Origin: Picochlorum sp. SENEW3
Lineage: Eukaryota
Assembly (NCBI GenBank): GCA_034226945.1
Contig: CP120455.1
Span: 310,001-374,000 of the forward strand
Length of the DNA: 64,000 nucleotides
Direction of reading: 5' to 3'
Positions 33,239 to 45,093 of the stretch are shown here, in pieces; within the stretch, counting starts at the first letter, position 1; each line of letters starts with the position of its first letter. Made by a program: the position numbers and the translations under genes. Under the pieces are notes generated by a model that saw nothing but the letters and a program-made list of their open reading frames with translations, was not told the DNA's origin and did no database searches.

Positions 33239-34514
33239 ATGCAGAAAAGTTTCTTTCAGGAACCAGCAAGGCTGGTGACGAGGACGGCGCCACGAGCATG
33301 TGTGAAGATATCTAGCATGTGCTCGGCACGGTGGGTTATACTATACATACATGTGCATAATGTAGTTGATTGATGTACGGTTTTTGTCGTGATATAGGTT
33401 TTTGGCGGCGAGGCTCCGGGAACCGTTGCCACCGTTTCGGCAGCAAACCCAAAGCCGTAGGCCAAGGTTGGGGCATGTTCGGTCCATATCTGAGACTGTT
33501 GGATCTCAACACGGACATGTTGCATTGGATGATTTGGAGATGAGGCCTGTATTGGATGAGACTGGTATGACTCCTCCAGGTCGTACTGCGGAGGAGGCTG
33601 GTCCAGCGGTATTTGCCATGTATGACAAGAATGCGCAGCTCCAATACATTGGGTTTTCTAGTAATCTGGCCAAATCGATTGAAAAGCTCTTTTATAGGAG
33701 GCCGGAGCAGTCGCATTATTACAGAGCGCATCTGTTGGATGAGGTTGATCAGCAATTGATGATGGAGGTGAGGAATGCCTGGTTTGATTCTTTGGAAGGA
33801 GGGCCTCCCCTTGGGAATGTGAATTTGGTAGAGAAAGAGGCGTGGCAGATTCCAGTTCAGGTGACAGGGAATAGTGAAGGTGGAACGGCTGTTGCAGCGC
33901 AAGAGCATGCGGCTGTGTTGATGACCCAGATTAAGAATAGGGGATGTCGTACAGAATTTGTGCCCGACCCTGTGCTGTTGCAAAAGGGGATTATTGAGTT
34001 TGTTACGTTGACTGACGAGGAGAAGGAGCGGATTCGTATTGCAAAGGAGGAGATGGCTGAGCGAATTAAAGTGTGTCATTTTGAGAATGATGACGGTGAG
34101 ATGGAGGAGTTTGAGCTCATGTTTGACTCGGAGTTTAAAACGAACGGCGGATACTTCTTCGATGTGATACTTAATCATGAATCCAGAGAATCATCACATA
34201 GGGTTATTGTAGGGGAAACATATTTCAAACATGGGATATTTGAGCCAAAGGATCTCCTGGAGAAGGTGTTTGGTTTCATTTTGAAAAGAAGGTTTCCTCG
34301 GCAGACTGAGGGTATTCTGAGTTCCACGCAGTTTTCTCCGAATTATTTCAGCGTGGCAGAGCTGCATCAAAACTATCCTGATTTTGAGGAGCAAATCCCA
34401 TGGCAGGTCGATGGTGACTCGTTCTGGCACTTTAGGCGCGTTATATCTTATGGTCCCAGTCATGAAGACAGTGATGGAGAAAAGCTTGCCAAGCAACTGA
34501 TTGTGGATTCATGA
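33239..34514 (+). CDS. Plastid GIY-YIG domain protein (GRXS16 N-terminal/cyanobacterial type) with an additional C-terminal domain
   Basis: Exon 1 33239-33330 is transit-like; intron 33331-33397; PAVFAMYD...LQYIGFS...RPE...AW...PPLGN. Confidence 0.75.
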
Positions 34515-34568
34515 TGGCTTCTATTGCGATGAATGGGTCTTTTTGTTTACAATTTTATCAACAACATC

Positions 34569-37500
34569 TTAAACATTATGCGACAGTGCACCAGCGGTCA
34601 TTGTTCTCCTCCTGACAGCTTTTTTCTTTCGTAGTATCATCCTTCGTTTAATTGATGTAAATGCTCGCCCAAGGCCAACAGCCACAGGCTCTAAGGTCAT
34701 GCCCTTGGGGCACACGTACAGTGCAAGTAATGTCAATAAGCGCAGGATCAGACCCTCGCAGAAGACGATTATCAAATTCCGCTCGAGGTATCCACTGCAG
34801 TACACATTGATGTCAAGTTCTACCAACTCAGTCTCTGGCATGCTGGGCGTGACTGTCGCTGCCTGCTGCCATGGGTCATCCCAGGTAGGTGCTTCAGAGG
34901 CAATAATGACATCTCCTTTGAGGTTCTTGTTGATGGATGGAATGCCCGAGTCATCGAGGCCGCAGTAGCCAGCTACATTCATGAGAGCCTTTGTCAAGGG
35001 CCACATGTATTCAGGATAGTTCTGATATGTAGCAATTGTCACGGCTTCAATCGCCCACCTATTATACGATAGAGCAGTGAGTGCTTTGGTAGTTGTTCCT
35101 AACTCTTTGTAATTGGGGCTGACACCATTGATGAATCCACCAGTGATGAGTACAAATGCAACAGCTGCAACGAGGGCATTTGATTGCCGAGCCACAATCA
35201 CACTGATCAGGGTACCTGCTGACGTTGTCCACCAAACCACGAGAACTCCAATCAAATAATACATGCCGAATGTAATAGATGGGAGTGTCATGGATGTGTA
35301 GATGGCGAAGAAGATGAGAGGCTGGATGGAAATATCAATCAGGTTGATGAATGAGTTGGACAGGAAATATGGTAACACTCGCAGTCCTGAATCCTTCTCT
35401 CTCCAGAAGACAATCTTATCCTTGCCAAAGGTGGTTAATGATGTGGTGCATGATAGAATACCAACCGTCAGCAGGACAAGAGCCGAGTTCCCCCTCACGT
35501 CATTTGGACCACCACCTGTTCCATGGATAGCCCCACATGTGACTGCAGCTAGTACCAAAAGTATGATGTCCATGAATTTTGCAAGCCAACTTCTGGTCCA
35601 TTTGGTTCCTTCTCTCATCAAAAGGATGAAAAATTGAGTGAAAGTTCCCGGTGTATCGCGGAGCTTTGTTTTCCTCTTGAAAAGTCTCAGAATTCCCTTG
35701 GGCTCATTGCTTGGGTGAGAAATGTGTAATTGAGACTCGACAGACTTGAGTTTTGAATTTCCATTCGTATCAGGCTGGATCTCACCCTCAGATGAGGTCT
35801 TCAGATCGATTGATTCCACTGTACCAAGATCGTTCATCGCATCTGAAGCGTCCGATCCTTGGTTCTCAAGGGCTCCAGATTCTCTTTGACTATCAATCCT
35901 GTCCATGGAAGCAATGGCCATTTCCTTCAAAGTCTTTGGATTCTCCATTGGTCCCTCTGCTGTCATACCTTCCGGCATATGAGATGCTAGCTCTGAAAGG
36001 GCGTTGCCCAATGTGTATTGCTCAATAGAGTATACACGGTACAAACTATCCAGTCTCCTTGCTCCAGGGCGTTGAATGTGTGGCTCCTCTGCAGGAGGTC
36101 TGCCTCCATGTCTCACATACTGAAGAATTCTATCCTTTGATATCAGTCCAGTATCCTGATGGGCAAGTTCGTCGTAAATGGTCTTGACATCATCTTTTGT
36201 TGGCTCAACACCAAGATCAGTGAGCACCTTTTCCAACTCTGACTCATTAATAAAGCCATCCCCGTCGGCGTCATTGTCATCAATGGACTCTTCCAGAATC
36301 AATATCTGCTCCGAATCGATTGCTTCAGGTCCACGCTCTGCAGTCACATCCCCTTGCATCATCTTCCTCAATGCTGGTGTATCTTTCGCAGCAACCCAGC
36401 GTTCCCCAAAGGTGTTCCACAATGGGACCAGCTCCTCTGGCTGGAATGAATTGTGTCCTTCTCTCGGAATAATGCCACTCAGTACATCCAATGCAAAATC
36501 AGCCGGATTTTCATTCCGAGGCAACGAGAAACCTAGTTCCTCCAGGTAGTTCAACGCCAGCTGAGAGGGACCAAGGTAGGCAAGCATGCCTCCTTTGCAG
36601 AGGAGCATCACATCATCAAACAGCGAAAAGATACTATATCTTGGCTGATGAATGACAGTAATGATATTCATTCCAAGACTAGCCATTCTTTTGAGCCCTT
36701 GTAATATATCAGACGCAGCTGTAGCGTCTAGCCCAGAGGTGGGTTCATCCATGAACAGTACACTTGGCTTGGCAACCAGCTCCCAACCGATATTGACTCT
36801 CTTTCTCTGTCCTCCAGACACTCCTCTCTTCTCTGCGTTTCCAACCACCTGGTGCTGGACATGTCGCAATTGAAGCACATTGATGACATCCTCAACAATC
36901 AACATCTGATCCTTCAAAGACTTTGATTTTGAGAGCCTCAGTCTCGCACTGTAGACTAAATTCTCCCTCACAGTCAAATCCTCGTGGACAATATCCTCCT
37001 GAGGAACGAGACCAACAATACCTTGCAAATCTCCTGGCTTGATCTCTCTCCCATTGGCCTTGATTGTCCCGTGAACTTTGCCCATCTCACTTGCTTTACC
37101 CATGATGACATTCAAAAACGTTGATTTCCCTGCTCCAGAGGGCCCCATGATGGCAGCTATTCTTGAATGATGGAACGAACCAGTCACTCCACTCAGAATA
37201 TTCTTTCCTCCCCGGAGGGTCAATCCCATGTTTGAAAATTCAAACGTAATCTTTGGTCTGATGGCCCTGAATGCCCTAAATGACTTGGTCTTTGTGTGAT
37301 TTGATGCCAACAATGGATTCAAAAGTTTCCAGAGCCTTTCCCGTGCAGCCTGTGTTCTTCCAAGTCGTCTCTGATTCACCAATATGATGGTCACCATCAG
37401 CCAATACGCCAGCCACAAGGCAGCAAGAATCACCGCCAAGCAGATGAATCCAAACCATGACAATGTTGCCTTTTCAGATCCTTCTGGACAGGATGCCATC

Positions 37501-38344
37501 GCGGGACATTTCGAAGGCTCAATACTACCTTGCTTGCAGAAATACCCTCCAGGGCAAATATACACTTCTGTAGGAGTGGGGCAGTAGAATCCACTTGGAC
37601 ACGGTGTCTGGGGAGTCGTTGCATTCCCTACACACTGATTCCCACCCAATATTGAACCTCGCATATACACACTCTGGTAAATCGTCGTCGGCTTCACCGG
37701 CATAACCGTATCCGGATACGCATTCACCAGCATGGTCATATTGCATGTCAGAGGCTCCACTGTTCCTGCTGGACAATAAAACCCAGCTGGACAGGGATAC
37801 ACCTCCCTTGGACTTGGACAGAATGACCCAGCAGGGCAATCTAATTTACTCAATCCTCTGCAAATACATCGTCATATGTGGTCAGAAAATGTATGACATC
37901 ACCCACATGATGTACAAAACCAACGCACGTATCCACATTAACATTTGATGCCAGTGCTGGAAGGGAGCTTCCTTTCGGACACAACTGCCCATAGGTGCAC
38001 GGGTGACACTTGAAATCAGGAAACTCTCCACTACTCTTGGGATCAGCTGGCTGATTTTGAGCAGCTTGCAGCAGTCGCGCTGACCATGGCTCGGCACACA
38101 CATACCCAGCTGGGCACAGCCCCATCCCTAATGCTGGAACAGGATTACACAAGCATCCTGGCCCAACCACATCAGCCTGATTATAATTCGCAGGGCACGT
38201 TCTCAACGTCCCCTGATCAATCTGCTCCTGCTGCTGGATCAAATCGCGTGCCAACTCGTCCAGTGCTGGCTGTGCCACCACACTACAAGAAAAGGCCAAC
38301 CACAACCATAACGCTACTCGCAACATCACCGAGCACGTATCCAT
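34569..38344 (-). CDS. ABCG24/28-like half transporter with Cys-rich extracellular N-terminus and an EF-hand insert
   Basis: Signal peptide; CPAGFYCP repeats; intron 37858-37928; TM helix; GPSGAGKS, VSGGQRKR, MDEPTSGLD; DADGDGFINESE; TMD. Start is 38344 or 38326. Confidence 0.92.
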
Positions 38345-38782
38345 TTGAATTAAAAATATCAAATACAACTATAAAATCTGAAAGGGCACTCGAATAGACT
38401 GGGGAAAAACACCACAGGTACGGAGAGGCTTGCCTCCCCAACGGCCAGACAATAAATGCTGATACACGTGCTCGTGTGCTCTCCTCCGCTTCTACTTGAT
38501 AATTTCATATAAAATTCACTTAAAGTATCCCATGAGTTGCGCTGTAAAAGTAATCAAGTGACCATCGACACTGATTGGGTTGGTTGGTTGGTCAACCCAT
38601 CCGGCCTCGGACGATCAAACCACATCGATTTCGCTATCCGGTCATGGAAACATCCCAATCGGACGATTACAAGTGCCGGTATGGCCGGTCAACAGTGGCG
38701 CCAGATTCCATTCGACCGGATATTATATAACACACACATGCACAAGGCAGCTTCATGCAGATCAATCAACGATGCGTTGACA

Positions 38783-40309
38783 ATGACTGGAGATGTCATT
38801 GTTGTTCAAGCAGGAGATTCTGGGACATACACAGGTGCCCATTTCTGGAACATTCAAGTGCGTTCATGTAATTTTCAAGCAGTTTTTGATCTCTGCGTTG
38901 ATGATTTGATGCTTCTATATATTCAGAATGAAATAGTATCATTATATGAGGGAAATAAAGCTGGAGAAGAACAGCCATGTTCGACACGCGTTGGGTACTA
39001 CTCTTCTCAATCGCTCTTCTACGAGACGGCAGAGAGAGGGTTTCACCCTCGAGCCATCTGGATCGATGCCAAAGGATCTATACGACGAATACAAAAATCT
39101 TTCGAGGTACAAGATGGCGATGAGGGAGTGGAGTGGGAAGGGGACGTGGACAGGTATTGCCAGTCTGGTTCTGAGGGTGGCAGTGGCGATGGAGTATTCG
39201 AGTATTTCGGGGATTATCTCACGCCAAAGATTGATACGAAGACGATGAATATAGTTGATGGTGTGTGGAGGAATCCGAGGAGGTCTGATCACAGGATGTG
39301 GAGCAATGTGGATGGTGAATGTCTTGTTCGCCAACCTGATGTGGAGGAGATTGAAGACAGTATTCGACGAGTGGCGGAACGATCTAATTCTCTGGCCGGA
39401 TTCATGTTCTTTATTGATGATACAAGCCTTTGGGGGCATATGACGTCACAGATCCTGGAGAATATGCAGCATGATTATGCGGGCAAATCAAAGGTTGTTT
39501 TTGCAACACGGGAGCGTGAGGAGGCTTGTGATGAGACCAGGTTGACGCTACTGGAGGGGCTCGCGACATCGTGTATATCCCCTTTGGTTGATATGTATGT
39601 TCCCATGGTGGATCCAGTGATACAGCATCCAATCGTTGCGGCGAGGTCTCATCCACGGCATTCTCTGTTTCAAAATTCTCTGCTGAAAGCTATTGGCATT
39701 CATGCAGCCACGGCACCCTGTCACCGCGCCGATGATACTCGAATAGATATTCATTCTTTGATTGGTCTCGTGACAGGCAGGTATAATAGTCCTTTTGCGT
39801 CGATGGATATGATATTTCCAGCAAAACGTGTCAGGAAGGACGATTCTTCAACCAGCAGCAGCAGCAGCAGGACAACATTATTTTCAAGTGATACGCGAGT
39901 CTCGTTCAACCAAGATCACATCTTGGGGTCTGATGCTGACCATGGAAGGTTTGCAGAAAGCATCTCTATTCTATATCATGAGGCTGAAATCTCTCGTGAT
40001 GCTGTACTTGCTCGCATCCAGAATGACACCGTCAGAAGGGTGCAATCAGTGTCATGGTCTGACACGGGCATACCACATCTTCCATATATGATTCCTTTTG
40101 CAGAAAATACCGACTCTCTTGGTGCTATATGTAGACTGTGTGGTACCACATCATTCCAGAAGGTTCTCGAATCTCTTAGTGCATCGTTTAAAAAGGCTGC
40201 AGCGTCGTCCATGGGGTCGAGGCTTGTGGCCTCATGGGGTGTCTCTCATGAACACGTGATTGAGGCATATAATGACCTCCAGTCGCTCGCGGGGACATAT
40301 ACATCGTGA
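38783..40309 (+). CDS. MSTO1: Misato/DML1 tubulin-FtsZ-like protein
   Basis: MTGDVIVVQAG...GAHFWNIQ, PRAIWIDAKGS, EDSIRRVAERSNSLAGF; candidate intron 38858-38926. Confidence 0.85.
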   Translation: MTGDVIVVQAGDSGTYTGAHFWNIQVRSCNFQAVFDLCVDDLMLLYIQNEIVSLYEGNKAGEEQPCSTRVGYYSSQSLFYETAERGFHPRAIWIDAKGSIRRIQKSFEVQDGDEGVEWEGDVDRYCQSGSEGGSGDGVFEYFGDYLTPKIDTKTMNIVDGVWRNPRRSDHRMWSNVDGECLVRQPDVEEIEDSIRRVAERSNSLAGFMFFIDDTSLWGHMTSQILENMQHDYAGKSKVVFATREREEACDETRLTLLEGLATSCISPLVDMYVPMVDPVIQHPIVAARSHPRHSLFQNSLLKAIGIHAATAPCHRADDTRIDIHSLIGLVTGRYNSPFASMDMIFPAKRVRKDDSSTSSSSSRTTLFSSDTRVSFNQDHILGSDADHGRFAESISILYHEAEISRDAVLARIQNDTVRRVQSVSWSDTGIPHLPYMIPFAENTDSLGAICRLCGTTSFQKVLESLSASFKKAAASSMGSRLVASWGVSHEHVIEAYNDLQSLAGTYTS

Positions 40310-40384
40310 TTATTTTATTATTTTGTCAATATTGATAGGTACACATGTGCTGGGATGAGTTCATAGAGCCTCGTTCGTACTATC

Positions 40385-40783
40385 ATGGCCTCTCGTGACG
40401 ACAAAATCGTACTTTTACAGCATGAAATAGAGGGATTGCGGGTTCAAATGGCCTCGAAAGAAGTATGTTACATGCCATGTGTTGAGTAGTATGGAGCCAA
40501 GATGATGGTGTCGTCATGTTTTTTTTGACAGGAGGTTTTAGGAAGGTGTCTGGAAGAGCTTGATAGTTGTCAGGCCATTATTCAGAAGCAGGAGGAGGAT
40601 ATGAAAGACAAGGATCGAACGATCGAGTCGTTAAAGACTCGGCTGGCTGATCAGAGTCATTCTGCGAAGGAAAAGAACAAGACATCTTCTCATGGATATG
40701 TTCCAGGACGGTCCAACAGCAATAAGGCAGAATTGGCCCCTTCTTGCAAAATTACAATGGCCGCAAAGGCGTCACATACATAA
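40385..40783 (+). CDS. Small two-exon coiled-coil protein, unknown
   Basis: MASRDDKIVLLQHEIEGLRVQMASKE; phase-0 intron 40463-40531; EVLGRCLEELDSCQAIIQKQEEDMKDKDRTIESLKTRL. Confidence 0.6.
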
Positions 40784-40827
40784 ATAATAATACTGAGTAT
40801 TGTACTGAAAAACACTGCACATTGTAT

Positions 40828-42291
40828 CTACCTCTCAATGCCTCTGGCAAAGACTGGCAGTGATGCATGCATTGGAGTTGCTGTGAGTTTATGGCAGACT
40901 TGCAATTCGCCATCCAAATTCCATGTCAATGGCACATCGGCTTGTGCGCTGGTTACCTGTACCTTTGACACTCTGACCATTTGAACATGATCGCCGACGT
41001 GCTCAGAGAGGCCATGGGTGGACATGGCTAGGAGAAATCGAAAAAATAACCATGGTGAGCACTTTTTCACCATGACCAAGACACCCTCTCCGTTGCACAA
41101 ATGCCCATACTTGTACATGCCATGGGTCGATTTATCACTGACGCATGCCTGGTTCATGATCATAACGCTCAAAAATTCATCTTCAATCTCTGCCGACCAC
41201 TCGCTTCTATTTTCTATTCCCTGTGACATGTCTGTGCTCGTAGGCTGGCTGCAGACTGAACACTCTGCATGGCATTGAACTGCTCGTTCATCATCTCCAT
41301 TAAATATTTTTTCGCTGTGACTATATCTAATCTTGCACTTGTATGGTGTATTTTGTATCAATTTCAATGCACCCACGATATCATATCGGAATGGCCCAAA
41401 GAATCTCAACATGGAGCTTGAGGAAATGACATCAGCCATAAAACCTGTTGCTGCTATACAAAAGCATGTCATAGTATTCTTCGTACTCAGCTCGGCATCC
41501 CTCCCAGAGTATACTTCTACCTGTAACGTATCCACCTTTTTATAATCTCCAAGTATAATATGCATTGCTGCTGTGAATAAACTGCGCGTTCCGTGCAACG
41601 TGGATGACACAGCATCGGTTGAACCTAAAGGCAAATGTCCCAGTCGACAGGGTACATGGGACTCTCCACAGACTCGATTCACGGTATTCATCATCTCAAA
41701 AAATACACCGTCTCCACCAACCGCCACGATACCGTCATATTCACATCTCGACCCCACGGCAACGCAATGTCTCATCTTTTTATAAAACTCATGCTCGTCA
41801 TCACTGGATGCACATGTCTGAACCATATCACAGGACACGCCAGCCAACTCGAACAAAGGTTTGATAATACTGTTATATTTTGATAATGTCTGCCCTGAAC
41901 CGGACACAGGATTCACTAAAAATAAAATGCTCTTTGGGCGACGAGGACTGGACATGCCCTGCTCAACTCGAGACACAAACTCCTCCTGCTGACTCTTGTG
42001 TTGAAAACGAACGCATACTCGACGCGGCCGCCATTCACTCTTCTTCCAAGCTTTCTTCTTAAACGTATAGATGTAGACACCATACCCTGCTGGAATATCG
42101 ATGGCTCTCTTCACTGCAATAAGATTTTGACAAGGGAAACAACTCCAACCATGCCCTTCCTTTCTGTTCCCTTTGATACGATACTCAAAACCATTTTCAC
42201 TGCACACACGGACTTCTGATGGATAATTGTCTACAAATACTCCATGCTCTAGGCCAAAAGAGACACCGGCGAGACCTTCTTCTAGGTCCAT
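40828..42291 (-). CDS. CERK: Ceramide kinase-like (DAGK catalytic family)
   Basis: LVNPVSG, VAVGGDG, LGHLPLGSTDAV, CHAECSVC (CxxxCxxC), WNLDGE. Confidence 0.85.
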   Translation of the reverse strand: MDLEEGLAGVSFGLEHGVFVDNYPSEVRVCSENGFEYRIKGNRKEGHGWSCFPCQNLIAVKRAIDIPAGYGVYIYTFKKKAWKKSEWRPRRVCVRFQHKSQQEEFVSRVEQGMSSPRRPKSILFLVNPVSGSGQTLSKYNSIIKPLFELAGVSCDMVQTCASSDDEHEFYKKMRHCVAVGSRCEYDGIVAVGGDGVFFEMMNTVNRVCGESHVPCRLGHLPLGSTDAVSSTLHGTRSLFTAAMHIILGDYKKVDTLQVEVYSGRDAELSTKNTMTCFCIAATGFMADVISSSSMLRFFGPFRYDIVGALKLIQNTPYKCKIRYSHSEKIFNGDDERAVQCHAECSVCSQPTSTDMSQGIENRSEWSAEIEDEFLSVMIMNQACVSDKSTHGMYKYGHLCNGEGVLVMVKKCSPWLFFRFLLAMSTHGLSEHVGDHVQMVRVSKVQVTSAQADVPLTWNLDGELQVCHKLTATPMHASLPVFARGIER

Positions 42292-42606
42292 GTCTCTACG
42301 TAAGAGGACAGTTGGCAAACGCGTATCTATTTCGCAGATGCATCATCAAGCCGTGATATCCATCCACATGATGTATTTTTTATGTGAAATTGAACTCTTT
42401 TCCGATCTAGATCATATGAGATGAGTCACGCAATGATGATGGCCTCTGGGCATGTAGGGTGGTACCCACCAAATCCGTTCGTTCCAATGGCACCCAATCG
42501 ATTGAATGCCCTGCTGATCAGGGCAATTCTGTTCATAAAAATAATGTTAAAAATCTATTTACTATGGACATACTTGGATGAGGACCTATTTCTGTCGAAA
42601 TAGACC

Positions 42607-45060
42607 ATGGGTGAGTGTTTGCAGAGACATGTTGACTGGTGTATTTTCTACTGTTATTACCATATGTGCTGTATTGCAGGTGACCTGGGGTCCGAGAGCG
42701 GTAAAAATGTATCAAAATTGTTGAATAGGGTTTTGAAGAGGCAGAAAAAGTCTCGCAAGCTTTCCTCTCGTGGTGAGGAGGGCTCGTCTGTGGTGGCCAC
42801 GCAGCCTGGAGGGGATCTTCAATGTGGGGCTCCAGCGGTGATTGATAGGGATAATGACGCTCAGGAGGAGGGAACTCGTGATCCTGAATGGGAAGATGTG
42901 TCTGGTGACGAACAAGATCCTGACCATGCTTCTCTTGTTGTGGCCCTTGAGAAACCTGAGACAACAGAAGACAAGCAGCAACGAAAAGCAAAACGACCGG
43001 CCTTCACGCAAGAGGATAGGATGTTCTGCCAATTAATTCATCGCTCTCATGCTTTATGTCTTCTAGCTCGAGGGTTTTGCCATGATTCTGTGGTAAGGGA
43101 TGATGTATTGCAAAGTGCTGTCGTGTCCCTTGTGCCACAGGAGTCACTCGTTGACATTCATCAAAGACAAGGTGACCCGCTTTCGATATCGATGCTAGAA
43201 TCTTTGGTGAAAATATTTCATGACAGGTTCAAGATACGAGAGCCAATAGATGGATGGAATGTTGATTCATTAAAGATGAACTATGGGTCAGAGGATACTG
43301 TCAAGCATCTGTTGCAACACATACAAGATGCTGTCTGTACGGCTGAAGAGTGCTCTGTTATGTTTCCTTCCTTGATCGATGCTCTGGGATATCCAGTACG
43401 GACGGTGAGACACCTGGATCCGTCTCCACTAAAGCCAGGTGATGTGATCAAGAGGATGAAACAGGAGGCACGTCAGGCGTTTCTTCATGCAGCGAAAGAT
43501 GTACCGAAGAGTCCGAATGAAACGAAAAAAGATACCAGTAAAGTGGCAAAAGATGATTCTGATGCTCCTACCCAAGGTACTGTGAAGAAGAGTGATTTGG
43601 AATATGAAAGGGAAATTGCTCTGGCTCTTGAGGCAACATCATGGGTAGCACCGGAAGATGGGGCAGGAACGAGCGGAACTCAGCCAAGTAATAATAATAA
43701 CAAAAGAAAACGGTGGAAGAAGAAGGGACAGTCTGCTGGTGCAGCTGTCAGTAAATCACCAGGGGGAGTTGGTCAGTTCTGGGTAGAGGTGTTCTGTGGG
43801 GACGCCAAGGACGGCCAATGGGTTCACTGTGATCCTGCCGCAGGATGGGTGAATCGCCCTCAAGACGTTGAGCGCATGACAAATAGAGCGGGTGCATTAG
43901 TATATGTGGTGGCATTTAGTGGAGGGGGTGCAAAGGATGTGACCAGAAGATATTCATCCAGTTTCGTCTCTTCTCAAAAGCAGAGAGACGCTGTCTGGTG
44001 GAAGCAAACGATGTCTTTGTTGAGATTGAAAGAAAAAGAGACCCTTGGAAAAAGGTTGAATGGATTGGGGAAAGGTGACACCACAATTCAACCATGGGTT
44101 GACCTGATCAATGAGAGAGAGGACAAAGAGCTTGATCAGAAAGCAATAAAAGAGTTGAAAGCATTACCAACAACAATAGAAGGATTCAAAAACCATGTAG
44201 AGTATGTTCTAAAGAGACACGTGGGAAAATATCAAATACTTGTTCCCAAAGCAGAGGCTGCTGGAATGCACAAGGGAGAGCCATATTATTTTAGGAAGGA
44301 TTTGGTAGATATTCACACTGCCGATCGCTGGAAACGTCTCGGGCGAGAAGTCAAGCGCGAAGAATTGGACCGACCATGCAAAAAGATTAAAAAAAGAGGC
44401 GCTCCCAAGGTGGAAGATCTCCGCTCTCCTGAGAATGTGGGAGGCATTGATATTATTGATGAGGGTGGGGGGCAGCTCATGTCAAGCTACTATGCCGAAT
44501 GGCAGACAGTCCCATGGTCTCCACCCCCAGCCGTGGACGGAAAGGTACCTAAAAATGAACGCGGAAATATAGAAGCGCCTCCATTCGCCACTGAACTTCC
44601 CAAGGGCACAGTTCATGTCCAACTCCCACAGATTGCCAAGATTTGCAAAAAGATTGGTATAGACTTTGCCCCTGCCTTGACAGGGTTCGATATCAGGGGC
44701 GGTCGATCGGTCCCACGTATAGATGGCGTCGTCATTTGCCAAGAGTTTGAAGAAATTCTCCGGGATGCATACGCAGAGGACATGAGGCATCAGGCCCACC
44801 TTGCCAAAATTCAAAGGCTCAAGGATGGCGAGGCAGCCTGGAAAGATCTCTTAAAGGCACTGCTGACTCATTACAAAGTGAAGAAGTCGTATGCAAATGA
44901 TGATCCATCAGCACATCTACTGCAGCATGCGTCACTAAAAAAAGACCCATCGGCAAAGCAACATGCTGGAAGCCCCTCTGATGCCAGCAGTCCAAAGGAG
45001 CAGCAACAGGACGAGTCTCTCATGATGAGCCCAGACCAGGTCGAGATGGAGGAGATTTGA
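42607..45060 (+). CDS. RAD4: DNA repair protein RAD4/XPC
   Basis: HRSHALCLLARG, FWVEVF..WVHCD, AKDVTRRY, LPTTIEGFKNH.EYVL, VPKNERGNIE, APALTGFD; candidate intron 42611-42679. Confidence 0.93.
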   Translation: MGECLQRHVDWCIFYCYYHMCCIAGDLGSESGKNVSKLLNRVLKRQKKSRKLSSRGEEGSSVVATQPGGDLQCGAPAVIDRDNDAQEEGTRDPEWEDVSGDEQDPDHASLVVALEKPETTEDKQQRKAKRPAFTQEDRMFCQLIHRSHALCLLARGFCHDSVVRDDVLQSAVVSLVPQESLVDIHQRQGDPLSISMLESLVKIFHDRFKIREPIDGWNVDSLKMNYGSEDTVKHLLQHIQDAVCTAEECSVMFPSLIDALGYPVRTVRHLDPSPLKPGDVIKRMKQEARQAFLHAAKDVPKSPNETKKDTSKVAKDDSDAPTQGTVKKSDLEYEREIALALEATSWVAPEDGAGTSGTQPSNNNNKRKRWKKKGQSAGAAVSKSPGGVGQFWVEVFCGDAKDGQWVHCDPAAGWVNRPQDVERMTNRAGALVYVVAFSGGGAKDVTRRYSSSFVSSQKQRDAVWWKQTMSLLRLKEKETLGKRLNGLGKGDTTIQPWVDLINEREDKELDQKAIKELKALPTTIEGFKNHVEYVLKRHVGKYQILVPKAEAAGMHKGEPYYFRKDLVDIHTADRWKRLGREVKREELDRPCKKIKKRGAPKVEDLRSPENVGGIDIIDEGGGQLMSSYYAEWQTVPWSPPPAVDGKVPKNERGNIEAPPFATELPKGTVHVQLPQIAKICKKIGIDFAPALTGFDIRGGRSVPRIDGVVICQEFEEILRDAYAEDMRHQAHLAKIQRLKDGEAAWKDLLKALLTHYKVKKSYANDDPSAHLLQHASLKKDPSAKQHAGSPSDASSPKEQQQDESLMMSPDQVEMEEI

Positions 45061-45093
45061 TTACTACTGTAATCTAAACTGAGAATCAGCATA

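Noticed and set aside
33336..34178. 280-aa minus-strand ORF
   Set aside because: Antisense shadow of the GIY-YIG gene.
38615..38630. CCACATCG similar to the plant snRNA upstream element
   Set aside because: No correctly spaced TATA box and no snRNA sequence downstream.
38537..38782. N-terminal extension of the Misato ORF
   Set aside because: Starts at TTG; family similarity begins at Met 38783; the region is the divergent promoter.
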